The notes: generated from the letters alone by a model not told the origin. DNA of 15,432 nt from Thermoplasmata archaeon (GCA_023129265.1 JAGMCJ010000194.1:1-15432), one strand, 5' to 3'; positions 1-8,088 are shown, counted from the first letter of the stretch. A program made the numbers and translations.

Positions 1-1059
1 CGCGTTCAGGCTGATGACCACGCTGTCACCGGGGTTCACGGGAATCACATCAGATTGAAAGGGAGGGACAGTTGATGACGGGTCAGCATAGGAGTAGTTC
101 CCCGACGGGGTTTCGATCAGGATGTCGCTTGGCGAGAGATCAGGCCCCTCCACGTAGAAGAGAATCGTCGCAGAGTTGTTGCCCTCATCGTATTCGGTCA
201 CGTTGTCGTAGAAGTCCACCGTGTAGCTAAGGAGACAGCCCCCGACGAAGGGTAGGGCTGGCGCGGTCCAGATCGTGCTGAACCTCGCTCCCGGGGGTGC
301 GGAAGACCCCGGACCTATCTCCTGTATCTCCCCGAGGTGCTCGAAGGCCCCGCAGGAGTCGTCAAGCGCGGCTGTGTTCAGGATTCTTATGAAGGGCGTC
401 CCCGCGTTCGTCACGTTGGCCTCTACCACGAGGGAAGTGCCCGCCAGAACTACTATTGGTCCTATCGGCACAGCTGGGTCGTAGGGACCGGGATACTCGA
501 TTCCGTCGACGGCGATGGCATTTGGCTGGAGGTCTGGTATCGGAACAACTACGTCCCACTGTTGAGTGTTGTCCGGATCGTTCCACATTATCGTATTCTC
601 AAGCTCCCCGAAGGGGGGGAACTCACCGGGATCGCCTGTCCCGTGGCTCGTGGCGTTCGTATTGAGCCCGCCAAAGGCAGTTGCGTCCACATGAACACGA
701 TACGTGTCGCCATTGCTCCAGTTGACGTCCCGCTCAGCCGCCTCAAGCGTGTACGCGTACCAGCCACCGCTGGTGAGGACCCCGCCGGCTTTCGGAAAAC
801 GATTCCAGGAACCGCTGTGAAGTACCCATACAGCGAAGGGTGTGCTGTCTTCCCACGGGAGGCCCTGGAGAGGTGTATCGTCCCAGAGGAAAATCCTCCC
901 CTCCAAATTCATCTCCTCGGGTTGAGCCATTGATGATTGGGTCAGCGTCACAAGGGTGAGTAGCATGAACAGAGATGCGGCAATCGACCGCAACTTCACG
1001 ACTGCCCTCCAGGAAGCGTGGCGGGCGTTCCGCCTCTCTCCAACACCACAGAACCTCAT
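1..1059 (-). CDS. Secreted protein with CARDB-like adhesion/Ig-fold repeats, 3' end beyond window (partial)
   Basis: Open minus-strand frame not in the ORF track because it runs off the window edge. It starts at ATG 1059, 12 nt after the stop of the upstream gene, with GAGGT upstream. It reads MRFCGVGERRNARHASWRAVVKLRSIAASLFMLLTLVTLTQSSMAQPEEMNLEGRIFLWDDTPLQG... (signal peptide), then DLQPNAIAVDGIEYP...VVLAGTSLVVEANVTNAG... and ...TVDFYDNVTEYDEGNNSATILFYVEGPDLSPSDILIE..., typical CARDB repeat features. Confidence 0.8.
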   Translation of the reverse strand, partial: MRFCGVGERRNARHASWRAVVKLRSIAASLFMLLTLVTLTQSSMAQPEEMNLEGRIFLWDDTPLQGLPWEDSTPFAVWVLHSGSWNRFPKAGGVLTSGGWYAYTLEAAERDVNWSNGDTYRVHVDATAFGGLNTNATSHGTGDPGEFPPFGELENTIMWNDPDNTQQWDVVVPIPDLQPNAIAVDGIEYPGPYDPAVPIGPIVVLAGTSLVVEANVTNAGTPFIRILNTAALDDSCGAFEHLGEIQEIGPGSSAPPGARFSTIWTAPALPFVGGCLLSYTVDFYDNVTEYDEGNNSATILFYVEGPDLSPSDILIETPSGNYSYADPSSTVPPFQSDVIPVNPGDSVVISLNA

Positions 1060-1071
1060 ATCGATACTACC

Positions 1072-4000
1072 TCAGACTCCAGCAAAGCCGAAGACCACAT
1101 CGGATGAGACATTGAGCTTCAGGGTGACAAACATCGCGAATTCCCTGTCGTACACCCCAACCTCCATGGCCGGGATATGTGGAACCCACCTCGACTCGGA
1201 GTGCTTGTACCAGAGGATGACAAGCGCGTTCATGACGTAGTCAGTGTAGTACGAGACGTTCTGATATGCGTACTGCCCGTTCGAGAACGGCTTCAGGGGA
1301 AGCGAGATGGCTTGATAGCCCTGCGTGAAGCGTCCAATCCATATGCCTGAGCTGTAGCTACCAGAGCCTTGGCCGAGCGAATCGCTCAGCGGGAAAATCA
1401 TGTAGTAGAACTCGTCATAGGGTTCGAAGAAGGCGTTCACGTGATCCACGCTGACCACGGGGCCCACCGGAGGCACGAAGGAACTGTACAGCGACCAGTA
1501 ATCCAGCCCTAGTTCTCCATAGAACCCAACTCTGCTGTTCGAATAGTAGATGTCATACGCGTCAGAGCCAACGGGCTGTAGCCAGGTAACCCTGATGTTG
1601 TTGCCCACAATGCTGAGCTCTACACTCTTGGCGTTTCCCGTGTGGTCAAAGCCGCCAAAGAGGAGCTCATCGTACCTGATCATGGTCCCGGGCAGACCCA
1701 CGAATATGAAGCGCACGTCGGACCCAAGTTCCACCACACAGCCATCGCCTATCGCGATTGTTCTGACAGGATCGCCACCGCCAGGAACCCTCAGCCAGTG
1801 CTCCGCCTCCATGTATTCGACGTAGTCTGCACCGAGCGCGGCCCGGTACTCCTCCGTGGTGTCCGTTCGAGCTGGCCCATCATACTCGACCCATGGGAAG
1901 TAGTCCAGGGGGATCGAGAATGTGTTGAATCCTGCGGAGAAAGTGTTCGTCCACGCGCCCGCCGTGTTGCTGGTCTCGCTGATGTCGCTCTCGTTCGCAT
2001 TCGCCGCTCTTATTAGGTAATAGTACTCACCGTCATGGCTGGCTGCTCCTCCCGCTTCTGGGTCCACCCAGTCGGTCGTCCCCGCCGGAACCACGTCATA
2101 CGCCGCGGCGGGAGACAGGTCTTGGAACCCGTTCTGGGTGAGTGACCTGAAAATGAGGTAATGATCCAGTTCTGGCCAGGGTGCCTCGACCCACCTGAGA
2201 CCTATGTCAGCTCCTCCGTCCCAATATGTCTCCACATTCTTGGGCGGGGCGGCGTAATAGGTCACCGTGATCATGACAAGAGGGAAGGGTACAACGGTAT
2301 GGTTGCCGTCCCATTTCACATATGCAACGCGGGCATCGGGATAGACTCCCACGGGATTAGTGCCAACGAGGTCGGAGGTGACATCGTACTCAACCTCCCA
2401 GGTCTCATTAATCGCCAGGGAGCTGACATTCCACTGCATGAATGTGAACACGCCCCTGTTGCCCATGTAGTGCGGGAGTTTTGGAAGACCCGAGGAAGGA
2501 TTGCGGAAGGAGCCGGTTACGAGGTGTATATAGGATGGAAGGACGTCCTCGATCATGGGAGAGTTGTCGGAGACATCCAAGTCCCGACCCGCCACCTGAT
2601 CGACTATCGTTCCGATCTGCTTGTAGATGCCTACCAGATCCTCGGGCGTCTCGGCGTAGAAGTACTCACCCTCGGTTATGGCGGCGATGTTCTGTAGCAC
2701 GGCGTGCTGGGCATCTGAACCCAGACCAATCGTGTAGATGACTACGTTGTTGGCTGCAGCGTTCTGAGCCTCAGTGATGGGATCGAGACCTGAATTGCTC
2801 TTCCCGTCCGTTAGAAGAATACATACCCAGATATGGTTCGGGTCAGCATCCGACACGAGGTCATTCCAGCATGCATATATTGCGTTTCCAATTGCGGTTC
2901 CTCCGACCGGAACAAGAACACTGTCTATGTCTGCCTTAATCTGCAGGTAATTCGTGCTGAGCGGGTTAATTCGCATCACAGAAGTGTCGAAGAATATCAC
3001 AGCACCCTGGTCGGGTAGCTTCATGTCGTCGACGTAGCTCTTTGCGCCTAGCTTGGCATAATCGAATTTCTCGATTGGCCAGTTCATGCTGCCGGACTTG
3101 TCTATGAGGAAAATGACATCCTGGGGAACGGACCTGATTACCCCAGAGCCTTGGCCAGTGACAGATAGCAGGACAGTCGCGACGGTTGGGTAGCCGGGAC
3201 CCGCGTTTTCGTGGAATATCGTGGACGGTGCCACGCTTTTCACAGGCTCGATGTGGGGATATACTCTCACGAGAATACTTGCACTGTCCGATGCCAGTGT
3301 GGTTGATGATGCCGTGCCAGTGACAATGACCGACTGATAGTTCCCGACTGGGGGGCTTGAGGGGACGTTCACACCGATCTTGAACTGCAGCGATTGCTCC
3401 GGACCGAGAGGTCCAGAATCCGGAATGCCGTCACCGTCTCCTGGGGAGTCCATCAGGGGGAAGATTCCATCGTCCTGCAGTATCTCAATCGTCCAGTTGT
3501 TCGGTGCGCTCGTTATCGTTATGTCGATGTAGTCCGAGATAAGTTGCTTGTTTGTCACCGTTAGATTCAGGAGCACTCGTTCTCCGACCTCCCCGTGAGT
3601 GTCGTGGTCGGGGCCCAGCACCACCAGCGCGAGTGTGGGAGCCATGTCAAACCTCCAGCCTGCGTTGGTGGAGCTGGTGTCATCGTAGCCATCGGAGGTC
3701 CCATTGCCGTCGGGCACTCGGCTCATAGAGAATCCCTGTGAATGCAGAGAGCTCCATCCTGCCATGTCAAGCAGCTGACCCGTTGAATCGTAGAGGTAGA
3801 CATTATCTGCCAGGACGCCCATGGAATCGAAGAACCCCGAGTCCATTGGATACCTCAACACGTAGTGCGGATTGGCTTCGGTAAGGGTGATTCCGCCCAC
3901 GAGGTATTCCTGATTGGCGACAATCGTGTAGCCCAGCAGACTGATGGAACCGGCACCTCTGTAGTAGACCTCCACATATGCTTCGTCAGCAACATTCGGG

Positions 4001-5766
4001 AAGTACAAGATCTCATTGAGTACGAGTTCTGGGTTCCCATCAACGCCTGGAACGCTGTTGTCTGCTCCGAATGTCGGAACCTCTTCCCGGACCCATTCAT
4101 CCGTGTAGCCGTTGCCCACCCTGCGCCTCGAAACGGACTCCCCCCAAAGAGGGTCAGGCGCTGTTCCCATCTGACCATATCCGACTTCGTCTATGAAGGT
4201 CAGGCTCACGGGGTCAAACAGGAAAAGTCTGGCACCTTGGTCGCCCAGGTTGAGTGGAATGACCAGGTCCGCAGAAGGGTCGTCGCCAAGCGTCCTGTAC
4301 TCAAGCGAAGGTATAGTCCCCAGTGCCGTCAAGGAATAGAGCTGGGTATCGTCGACTTGAAGTACATATCCGTTCAGGTCAACTGGTTTGGAGCCGAAGT
4401 TGTATATCTCCACGAGTTGCGCGTTGTTGGGTGCATCCCTCAGCTCGGTAATCAGGATTTGCCCCGTATCGTAAGAGGAGAAGTAGACCTCATAGAAAGT
4501 CTGGCTTCTAAAATCATTCCAAGCAATGAATATGCCGAATGTCCCCAAAGCCATCGATGGGTACTGCTGTGTTGATGAATCGTCCAACGGATCGCCATTC
4601 TCATCGGTATCATCCACACGTAAGTCATTGCCGTTCATGATTCCGTCTCCCCATGTAGTGCCCCCGTCCTCCGAGTATGAAAAGAATATGTCTGGATCGC
4701 CGGCCCGGTTGTCGCTCCACGTCACATATAGTCCTCGCGGTCCAGAGACTATGCAGGGGCCAGTGTATGAAGTCGAGGATGCGTAGTCATCCACCTTGAC
4801 AGGGCTGGACCAAGTATTCCCACCATCCGTGGATCTCGAGTGGCTGATTTGCCTCTCTCCTGAGGGATTGTTGTAGTACCATACGGCGTGAAGAATCCCG
4901 GTGGTGTCTGCTGCAACGTCAAGATGCCTGAGAATGGAACCCGAAGGTTCGGCGAAAAGAACGTGAGGTGTCCAAGTGGTGGACCCTAGGTCTGATGAGT
5001 CGGCAATCCAAAAGGTCGTGAAGCTAACATCCTGCTCCCTCCAGGACACGTGAATCTTACTACCAGCGGTGGTTACAGACGGAAATGCATTTATCGATTC
5101 TTGGGTGGAGATCTGAACCTCTGGCTCAAAGCTGAAGCCCCCGTCCGTGGACTTGGACACAAAGACGTGGTCGTACGAAGGATTGCGATCATCGAACCAA
5201 ACAACGAAGAGATTCCCGGAAGAACCAACACCGACATCTGGCTCCCGACACCTTGTGTTTTGTGAAGCAGTGTCCACTTTCACCGGGGCCGACCAAGTCG
5301 CTCCTGAATTGGATGAATAGGTCGCAAATATGTGAATTCCGCCTGCCATCGAAGACTCCTGCCAGGAGACATATATTCGATTATTCATGGCGCCCCCAGT
5401 TCTGTCGATGGCAATGGAGGGCAAGCGAGAATTGGCGCCATGAACCCCAGAATCTATTCTAATCGATGATGACCAACTCGCCCCTTCGTCAGTCGACTTG
5501 GAATAGTAAATTCCATAATAGCCCGTTCTGTTGTCAGACCACACAATGTGAATAACTTCGTTTCCATCAACAGCGACGTCGGGACTCCAGGAGTTCGCTG
5601 ATCCATCGTCCACTTTCTGATTAGGGCGACTGAAGGATTTGGTGAGATGAATCTCTGGTGTATCATCACTCGCGACGACAACCAGGCTTGTTATCATGAG
5701 AATCGTAGAAATGAGAGCAAACAACCTACAATAGTCACACCAAACGCTGGATGCCGCGTCCTTCAT
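1072..5766 (-). CDS. Giant secreted multidomain protein: N-terminal Asp-box/BNR (sialidase-like) repeats, two lamin-tail-like (LTD) domains, VWA domain, FN3-like domain, duplicated C-terminal module
   Basis: Track ORF 1072..5799, but the best start is ATG 5766 (GGAGGAGGAGCTATG), giving about 1564 aa. Signal peptide MKDAASSVWCDYCRLFALISTILMITSLVVVAS. Asp-box repeats: SKSTDEGASW, SSNSGATW, SKSTDGGFSF, SRSTDGGNTW, SYSEDGGTTW. LTD-like: ELRDAPNNAQLVEIYNFGSKPVDLNGYVLQ. VWA MIDAS: VIFLIDKSGSM plus LLTDGKSNSG. Confidence 0.9.
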   Translation of the reverse strand: MKDAASSVWCDYCRLFALISTILMITSLVVVASDDTPEIHLTKSFSRPNQKVDDGSANSWSPDVAVDGNEVIHIVWSDNRTGYYGIYYSKSTDEGASWSSSIRIDSGVHGANSRLPSIAIDRTGGAMNNRIYVSWQESSMAGGIHIFATYSSNSGATWSAPVKVDTASQNTRCREPDVGVGSSGNLFVVWFDDRNPSYDHVFVSKSTDGGFSFEPEVQISTQESINAFPSVTTAGSKIHVSWREQDVSFTTFWIADSSDLGSTTWTPHVLFAEPSGSILRHLDVAADTTGILHAVWYYNNPSGERQISHSRSTDGGNTWSSPVKVDDYASSTSYTGPCIVSGPRGLYVTWSDNRAGDPDIFFSYSEDGGTTWGDGIMNGNDLRVDDTDENGDPLDDSSTQQYPSMALGTFGIFIAWNDFRSQTFYEVYFSSYDTGQILITELRDAPNNAQLVEIYNFGSKPVDLNGYVLQVDDTQLYSLTALGTIPSLEYRTLGDDPSADLVIPLNLGDQGARLFLFDPVSLTFIDEVGYGQMGTAPDPLWGESVSRRRVGNGYTDEWVREEVPTFGADNSVPGVDGNPELVLNEILYFPNVADEAYVEVYYRGAGSISLLGYTIVANQEYLVGGITLTEANPHYVLRYPMDSGFFDSMGVLADNVYLYDSTGQLLDMAGWSSLHSQGFSMSRVPDGNGTSDGYDDTSSTNAGWRFDMAPTLALVVLGPDHDTHGEVGERVLLNLTVTNKQLISDYIDITITSAPNNWTIEILQDDGIFPLMDSPGDGDGIPDSGPLGPEQSLQFKIGVNVPSSPPVGNYQSVIVTGTASSTTLASDSASILVRVYPHIEPVKSVAPSTIFHENAGPGYPTVATVLLSVTGQGSGVIRSVPQDVIFLIDKSGSMNWPIEKFDYAKLGAKSYVDDMKLPDQGAVIFFDTSVMRINPLSTNYLQIKADIDSVLVPVGGTAIGNAIYACWNDLVSDADPNHIWVCILLTDGKSNSGLDPITEAQNAAANNVVIYTIGLGSDAQHAVLQNIAAITEGEYFYAETPEDLVGIYKQIGTIVDQVAGRDLDVSDNSPMIEDVLPSYIHLVTGSFRNPSSGLPKLPHYMGNRGVFTFMQWNVSSLAINETWEVEYDVTSDLVGTNPVGVYPDARVAYVKWDGNHTVVPFPLVMITVTYYAAPPKNVETYWDGGADIGLRWVEAPWPELDHYLIFRSLTQNGFQDLSPAAAYDVVPAGTTDWVDPEAGGAASHDGEYYYLIRAANANESDISETSNTAGAWTNTFSAGFNTFSIPLDYFPWVEYDGPARTDTTEEYRAALGADYVEYMEAEHWLRVPGGGDPVRTIAIGDGCVVELGSDVRFIFVGLPGTMIRYDELLFGGFDHTGNAKSVELSIVGNNIRVTWLQPVGSDAYDIYYSNSRVGFYGELGLDYWSLYSSFVPPVGPVVSVDHVNAFFEPYDEFYYMIFPLSDSLGQGSGSYSSGIWIGRFTQGYQAISLPLKPFSNGQYAYQNVSYYTDYVMNALVILWYKHSESRWVPHIPAMEVGVYDREFAMFVTLKLNVSSDVVFGFAGV

Positions 5767-5853
5767 AGCTCCTCCTCCGAGGAAGGTATTGCAGCACAAA
5801 CGGTAGGTCTCCGCCTCCGTCTCTGCCCACTGTGCAAATTAATGACACGGCGC

Positions 5854-5867
5854 CTATTTATATTTTC
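5854..5867 (-). promoter_or_regulatory. Candidate archaeal TATA/BRE promoter for the giant secreted protein gene
   Basis: Minus strand reads GAAAATATAAATAG. The expected TSS about 25 nt downstream would leave a leader of roughly 65 nt carrying the GGAGGAGGA Shine-Dalgarno. Confidence 0.5.
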
Positions 5868-6063
5868 CCGCCAGGACATCCACAGACCGCTCTTGGTCCC
5901 ATTCGGGCGACTATTGTCAAACTAAGAATTTGAACCATGCCATTGGTACGGCCAGAACCTTGTATCCGGTTTGAATCGTTTGGCCTCTCGCACAAGAACC
6001 CTATCGCTAATCTCGAAGCTCATCATTAGCATCCCAGTCATCGTTCTTCGAGGAGCCGTGAAC

Positions 6064-6496
6064 GTGACCGATGAATTTGTGGTTTCATCTGACGAACTCA
6101 GGGAGATTTGAAAGACTCGAAAACAATTGCCGTAGTTGGGTGTCGGCCAAACCAGAGAGGCCAAGCTATCGAGTGGCAAGATACCTAGAAGATGCGGGCC
6201 ACGAAGTCATCCCAGTGAACCCGAACTATCAGGAAATTGATGAGATGAAGAGCTATCCCGGCCTAGAATCGATATCCAAGGATGTAGACGTAGTAGACAT
6301 ATTCCGCAGGTCCGAATATGTAGTACCTGCAGTAGATGTCGCAATGAGAAAAGGCGCCAAGGTCATATGGATGCAAGAGGGTGTTGTCAACAAGGAAGCC
6401 GCAATAAAGGCCAGACAGGCGGGGCTGAAGGTCGTCATGGACAGGTGCATGATGAAGGAGCATCACAGGCTGATAGCCCACGAGACAGGAGAATAG
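6064..6496 (+). pseudogene. CoA-binding-fold (YccU-like, CoA_binding_2) protein with two apparent 1-nt frameshifts near the N-terminus
   Basis: Track ORF 6071..6496 reads ...SAKPERPSYRVARYLEDAGHEVIPVNPNYQEI...VDIFRRSEYVVPAVDVAMRKGAKVIWMQEGVVNKEAA...GLKVVMDRCMMKEHHRL, typical of this family. The missing N-terminus lies in other frames: GTG 6064 frame gives VTDEFVVSSDELREI; the next frame gives LKDSKTIAVVG. GAGGAG Shine-Dalgarno at 6049..6054. Confidence 0.75.
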
Positions 6497-6519
6497 TGTT
6501 TTCGGGCGCGAGAGGCAAG

Positions 6520-6621
6520 TGGGCCCGCCGAGAATTTCAGGCCCTCGCGAGAGCAAGAGCCTTTTGAACTCGAGTTACCAGCACCCCAAGCTGGAAGGAT
6601 ACCAAGCTACCCCACGGGCCC
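6520..6621 (-). tRNA. tRNA-Pro(GGG) with intron in the T-loop; no encoded CCA
   Basis: Minus strand: GGGCCCG TG GGGTAGCTTGGTATCCT(T) CCAGC TTGGGGT GCTGG TAAC TCGAG TTCAAA [intron] T CTCGG CGGGCCC A. Acceptor 7 bp GGGCCCG/CGGGCCC; anticodon stem CCAGC/GCTGG with GGG anticodon (forward 6585..6587); T stem TCGAG/CTCGG; spliced T-loop TTCAAAT. Confidence 0.92.
6534..6562 (-). other. 29-nt archaeal tRNA intron flanked by a bulge-helix-bulge splice motif, between tRNA positions 59 and 60
   Basis: Minus strand: TCGAG-TTCA-[AA^A]-GGC...GCC-TGAA-[AT^T]-CTCGG. This has a 4-bp central helix (TTCA/TGAA) and two 3-nt bulges. Cutting after nt 2 of each bulge restores a canonical TTCAAAT T-loop and a 73-nt tRNA. 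Confidence 0.85.
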
Positions 6622-6660
6622 TGACGGTGCATGGTGCCGTAGAACAAAAAGGCTTCGCAT

Positions 6661-6852
6661 CTATCCGAATGGCAGCACGTCATCAATCGTGTCAGCATTC
6701 GAAAGCAGCATTCTGCGGCAACAATAGCGGGTTAATCCAAGGGAATCGAGAACCTTCTGCGGATCCTCGCCCATCTCGATTTTCTTCTGATATTCCTCCC
6801 ACTCAGAGGCCACGACCCTTCCGCAGCTGAAGCATCTCACTGGTATTATCAC
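6661..6852 (-). CDS. rpoN: DNA-directed RNA polymerase subunit N (Rpb10 homologue)
   Basis: VIIPVRCFSCGRVVASEWEEYQKKIEMGEDPQKVLDSLGLTRYCCRRMLLSNADTIDDVLPFG. True start is GTG at 6852 with AGGTGA upstream, not the 7032 start of the track ORF. Confidence 0.95.
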   Translation of the reverse strand: MIIPVRCFSCGRVVASEWEEYQKKIEMGEDPQKVLDSLGLTRYCCRRMLLSNADTIDDVLPFG

Positions 6853-6856
6853 AGAA

Positions 6857-7255
6857 TCACCTATAGGACTTCTGCCTCTTCTTCCTTGCGCCCCTGCCCA
6901 TCGGCTTCTTGGGCATTTTTCTTCTTGGGTCGCTTGCGAGCAGGGTTCTGTCCCGTTCCTTGAAAAGCGATTCCAGCTCCTTGCTCTCAAGATATGCCAC
7001 GATGCCCCTGGCGATAGCCGTCCGTGTCGCATCTGCCTGACCCATGATGCCCCCGCCCTTCACGTTGACCTCGATGTCCAGTTTCTTGATCTTGTCTCCG
7101 GCCATGACGATGGGCTCAAGGATCTTCTGGCGGGCCAGTTCCGGACTCAGTATCTCGACTGGTCTCTTGTTCACCCTAACCAGTCCCTTCCCTGGCTTGA
7201 TCGTGGCTCTTGCGATCGCCTTCTTCCTCTTCCCGCTTGTCTGGATGACTTTCAT
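6857..7255 (-). CDS. rps9: Ribosomal protein uS9
   Basis: MKVIQTSGKRKKAIARATIKPGKGLVRVNKRPVE...GGGIMGQADATRTAIARGIVAY...LLASDPRRKMPKKPMGRGARKKRQKSYR; classic S9 C-terminus and operon position. Confidence 0.97.
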   Translation of the reverse strand: MKVIQTSGKRKKAIARATIKPGKGLVRVNKRPVEILSPELARQKILEPIVMAGDKIKKLDIEVNVKGGGIMGQADATRTAIARGIVAYLESKELESLFKERDRTLLASDPRRKMPKKPMGRGARKKRQKSYR

Positions 7256-7263
7256 CGGACCAC

Positions 7264-7677
7264 CTAGAACTTGGCCCCGAGTTTCCTCGATATATCACCG
7301 ATCTTCGTGTACTCGCACTTCAGTTTCCCAAGGGCCTCCTCAATCCTCTCCGTGCTCGACTCGGCATACGAGTCAGGAATGCCAATGTATACCCTCAACC
7401 TCTTGAACGCTTCCCTTCCTCTGGGCTTCTGGTAGGGAATCATGCCTCTGATCGTTCTCGTTACGATCTTGTCCGGCATTCTCGGGAAAAAGGGACCTGA
7501 CGTCTGGCTACCTATCTCCCTAATCTCCTTGTATTCGTTGAGCACGGATACCCTGTCCCCCGAAATGACCGCGAGCTCGGCATTGACCACAACGATTTCC
7601 TCCCCTTCGAGAAGCCTCTTGGCCACAACGCTGGCAAGCCTGCCCAGCACAGAGCCAGTGGCATCGATCACAGCCAT
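7264..7677 (-). CDS. rpl13: Ribosomal protein uL13
   Basis: MAVIDATGSVLGRLASVVAKRLLEGEEIVVVNAELAVISG...RTIRGMIPYQKPRGREAFKRLRVYIGIP; L13 signature and operon position. Confidence 0.97.
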   Translation of the reverse strand: MAVIDATGSVLGRLASVVAKRLLEGEEIVVVNAELAVISGDRVSVLNEYKEIREIGSQTSGPFFPRMPDKIVTRTIRGMIPYQKPRGREAFKRLRVYIGIPDSYAESSTERIEEALGKLKCEYTKIGDISRKLGAKF

Positions 7678-7680
7678 GGT

Positions 7681-8043
7681 TCACCTCATTATTCTAACGC
7701 CACTTCCCTTCGGGTTCTTGTTCATGAGTTCCTCAATGGTCAGAACGAGGCCACCGGAGTCTGTGATCTTTCTCCTTGCCGCTTCGGAAGAGTGAAAGGA
7801 GGCCACAGTCACAGGCTTGTCTATGCTGCCGGAACCGAGAAGCCTGCCAGGGACGAGGATGACCTCCCCCTTCTTGGCGTATCTGGATATCCTGCTGATA
7901 TTCACTTCGGCCCAATTCCTCCGAGGTTTGCTCAGCCTGCTGGCTGTGTCCTTCCAAACGGGTGCTTTGTTCTCATAGGAGTGCTTCTTCAGCTGCTCTA
8001 TGAGTTCCAACAGTCTAGGATTGGACTTCTTACTACCAGCCAT
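7681..8043 (-). CDS. rpl18e: Ribosomal protein eL18 (L18e)
   Basis: KSNPRLLELIEQLKKHSYENKAPVWKDTASRLSKPRRNWAEVNISRISRYAKKGEVILVPGRLLGSGSIDKPVTVASF; first gene of the L18e-L13-S9-RpoN operon; AGAGGAT Shine-Dalgarno. Confidence 0.96.
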   Translation of the reverse strand: MAGSKKSNPRLLELIEQLKKHSYENKAPVWKDTASRLSKPRRNWAEVNISRISRYAKKGEVILVPGRLLGSGSIDKPVTVASFHSSEAARRKITDSGGLVLTIEELMNKNPKGSGVRIMR

Positions 8044-8079
8044 CAGATATCCTCTGAAGAAGGTCTAAAGAGGGGTCTT

Positions 8080-8088
8080 CATATAAAC
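8080..8088 (-). promoter_or_regulatory. Candidate TATA box for the ribosomal protein operon
   Basis: Minus strand AAAAGGTTTATATGAA; TATA-like GTTTATATG about 37-45 nt upstream of ATG 8043. Confidence 0.55.

Noticed and set aside
337-933. 198-aa plus-strand ORF and others antisense to the secreted-protein genes (1642..2016, 2161..2697, 3865..4575)
   Set aside because: They lie antisense to strongly supported coding frames and have no recognisable motifs; these are shadow ORFs in GC-rich sequence.
5922-6179. 85-aa minus-strand ORF over the start of the CoA-binding gene
   Set aside because: No family signal; overlaps the reconstructed N-terminus of the CoA-binding protein on the other strand.
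6519-6830. 103-aa plus-strand ORF across the tRNA and rpoN
   Set aside because: Overlaps a complete tRNA structure and the antisense of rpoN.
6853-7032. N-terminal extension of the track ORF 6661..7032
   Set aside because: Overlaps rps9 in another frame, and RpoN family proteins begin at (M/V)IIPVRCFSCG; the real start is GTG 6852.
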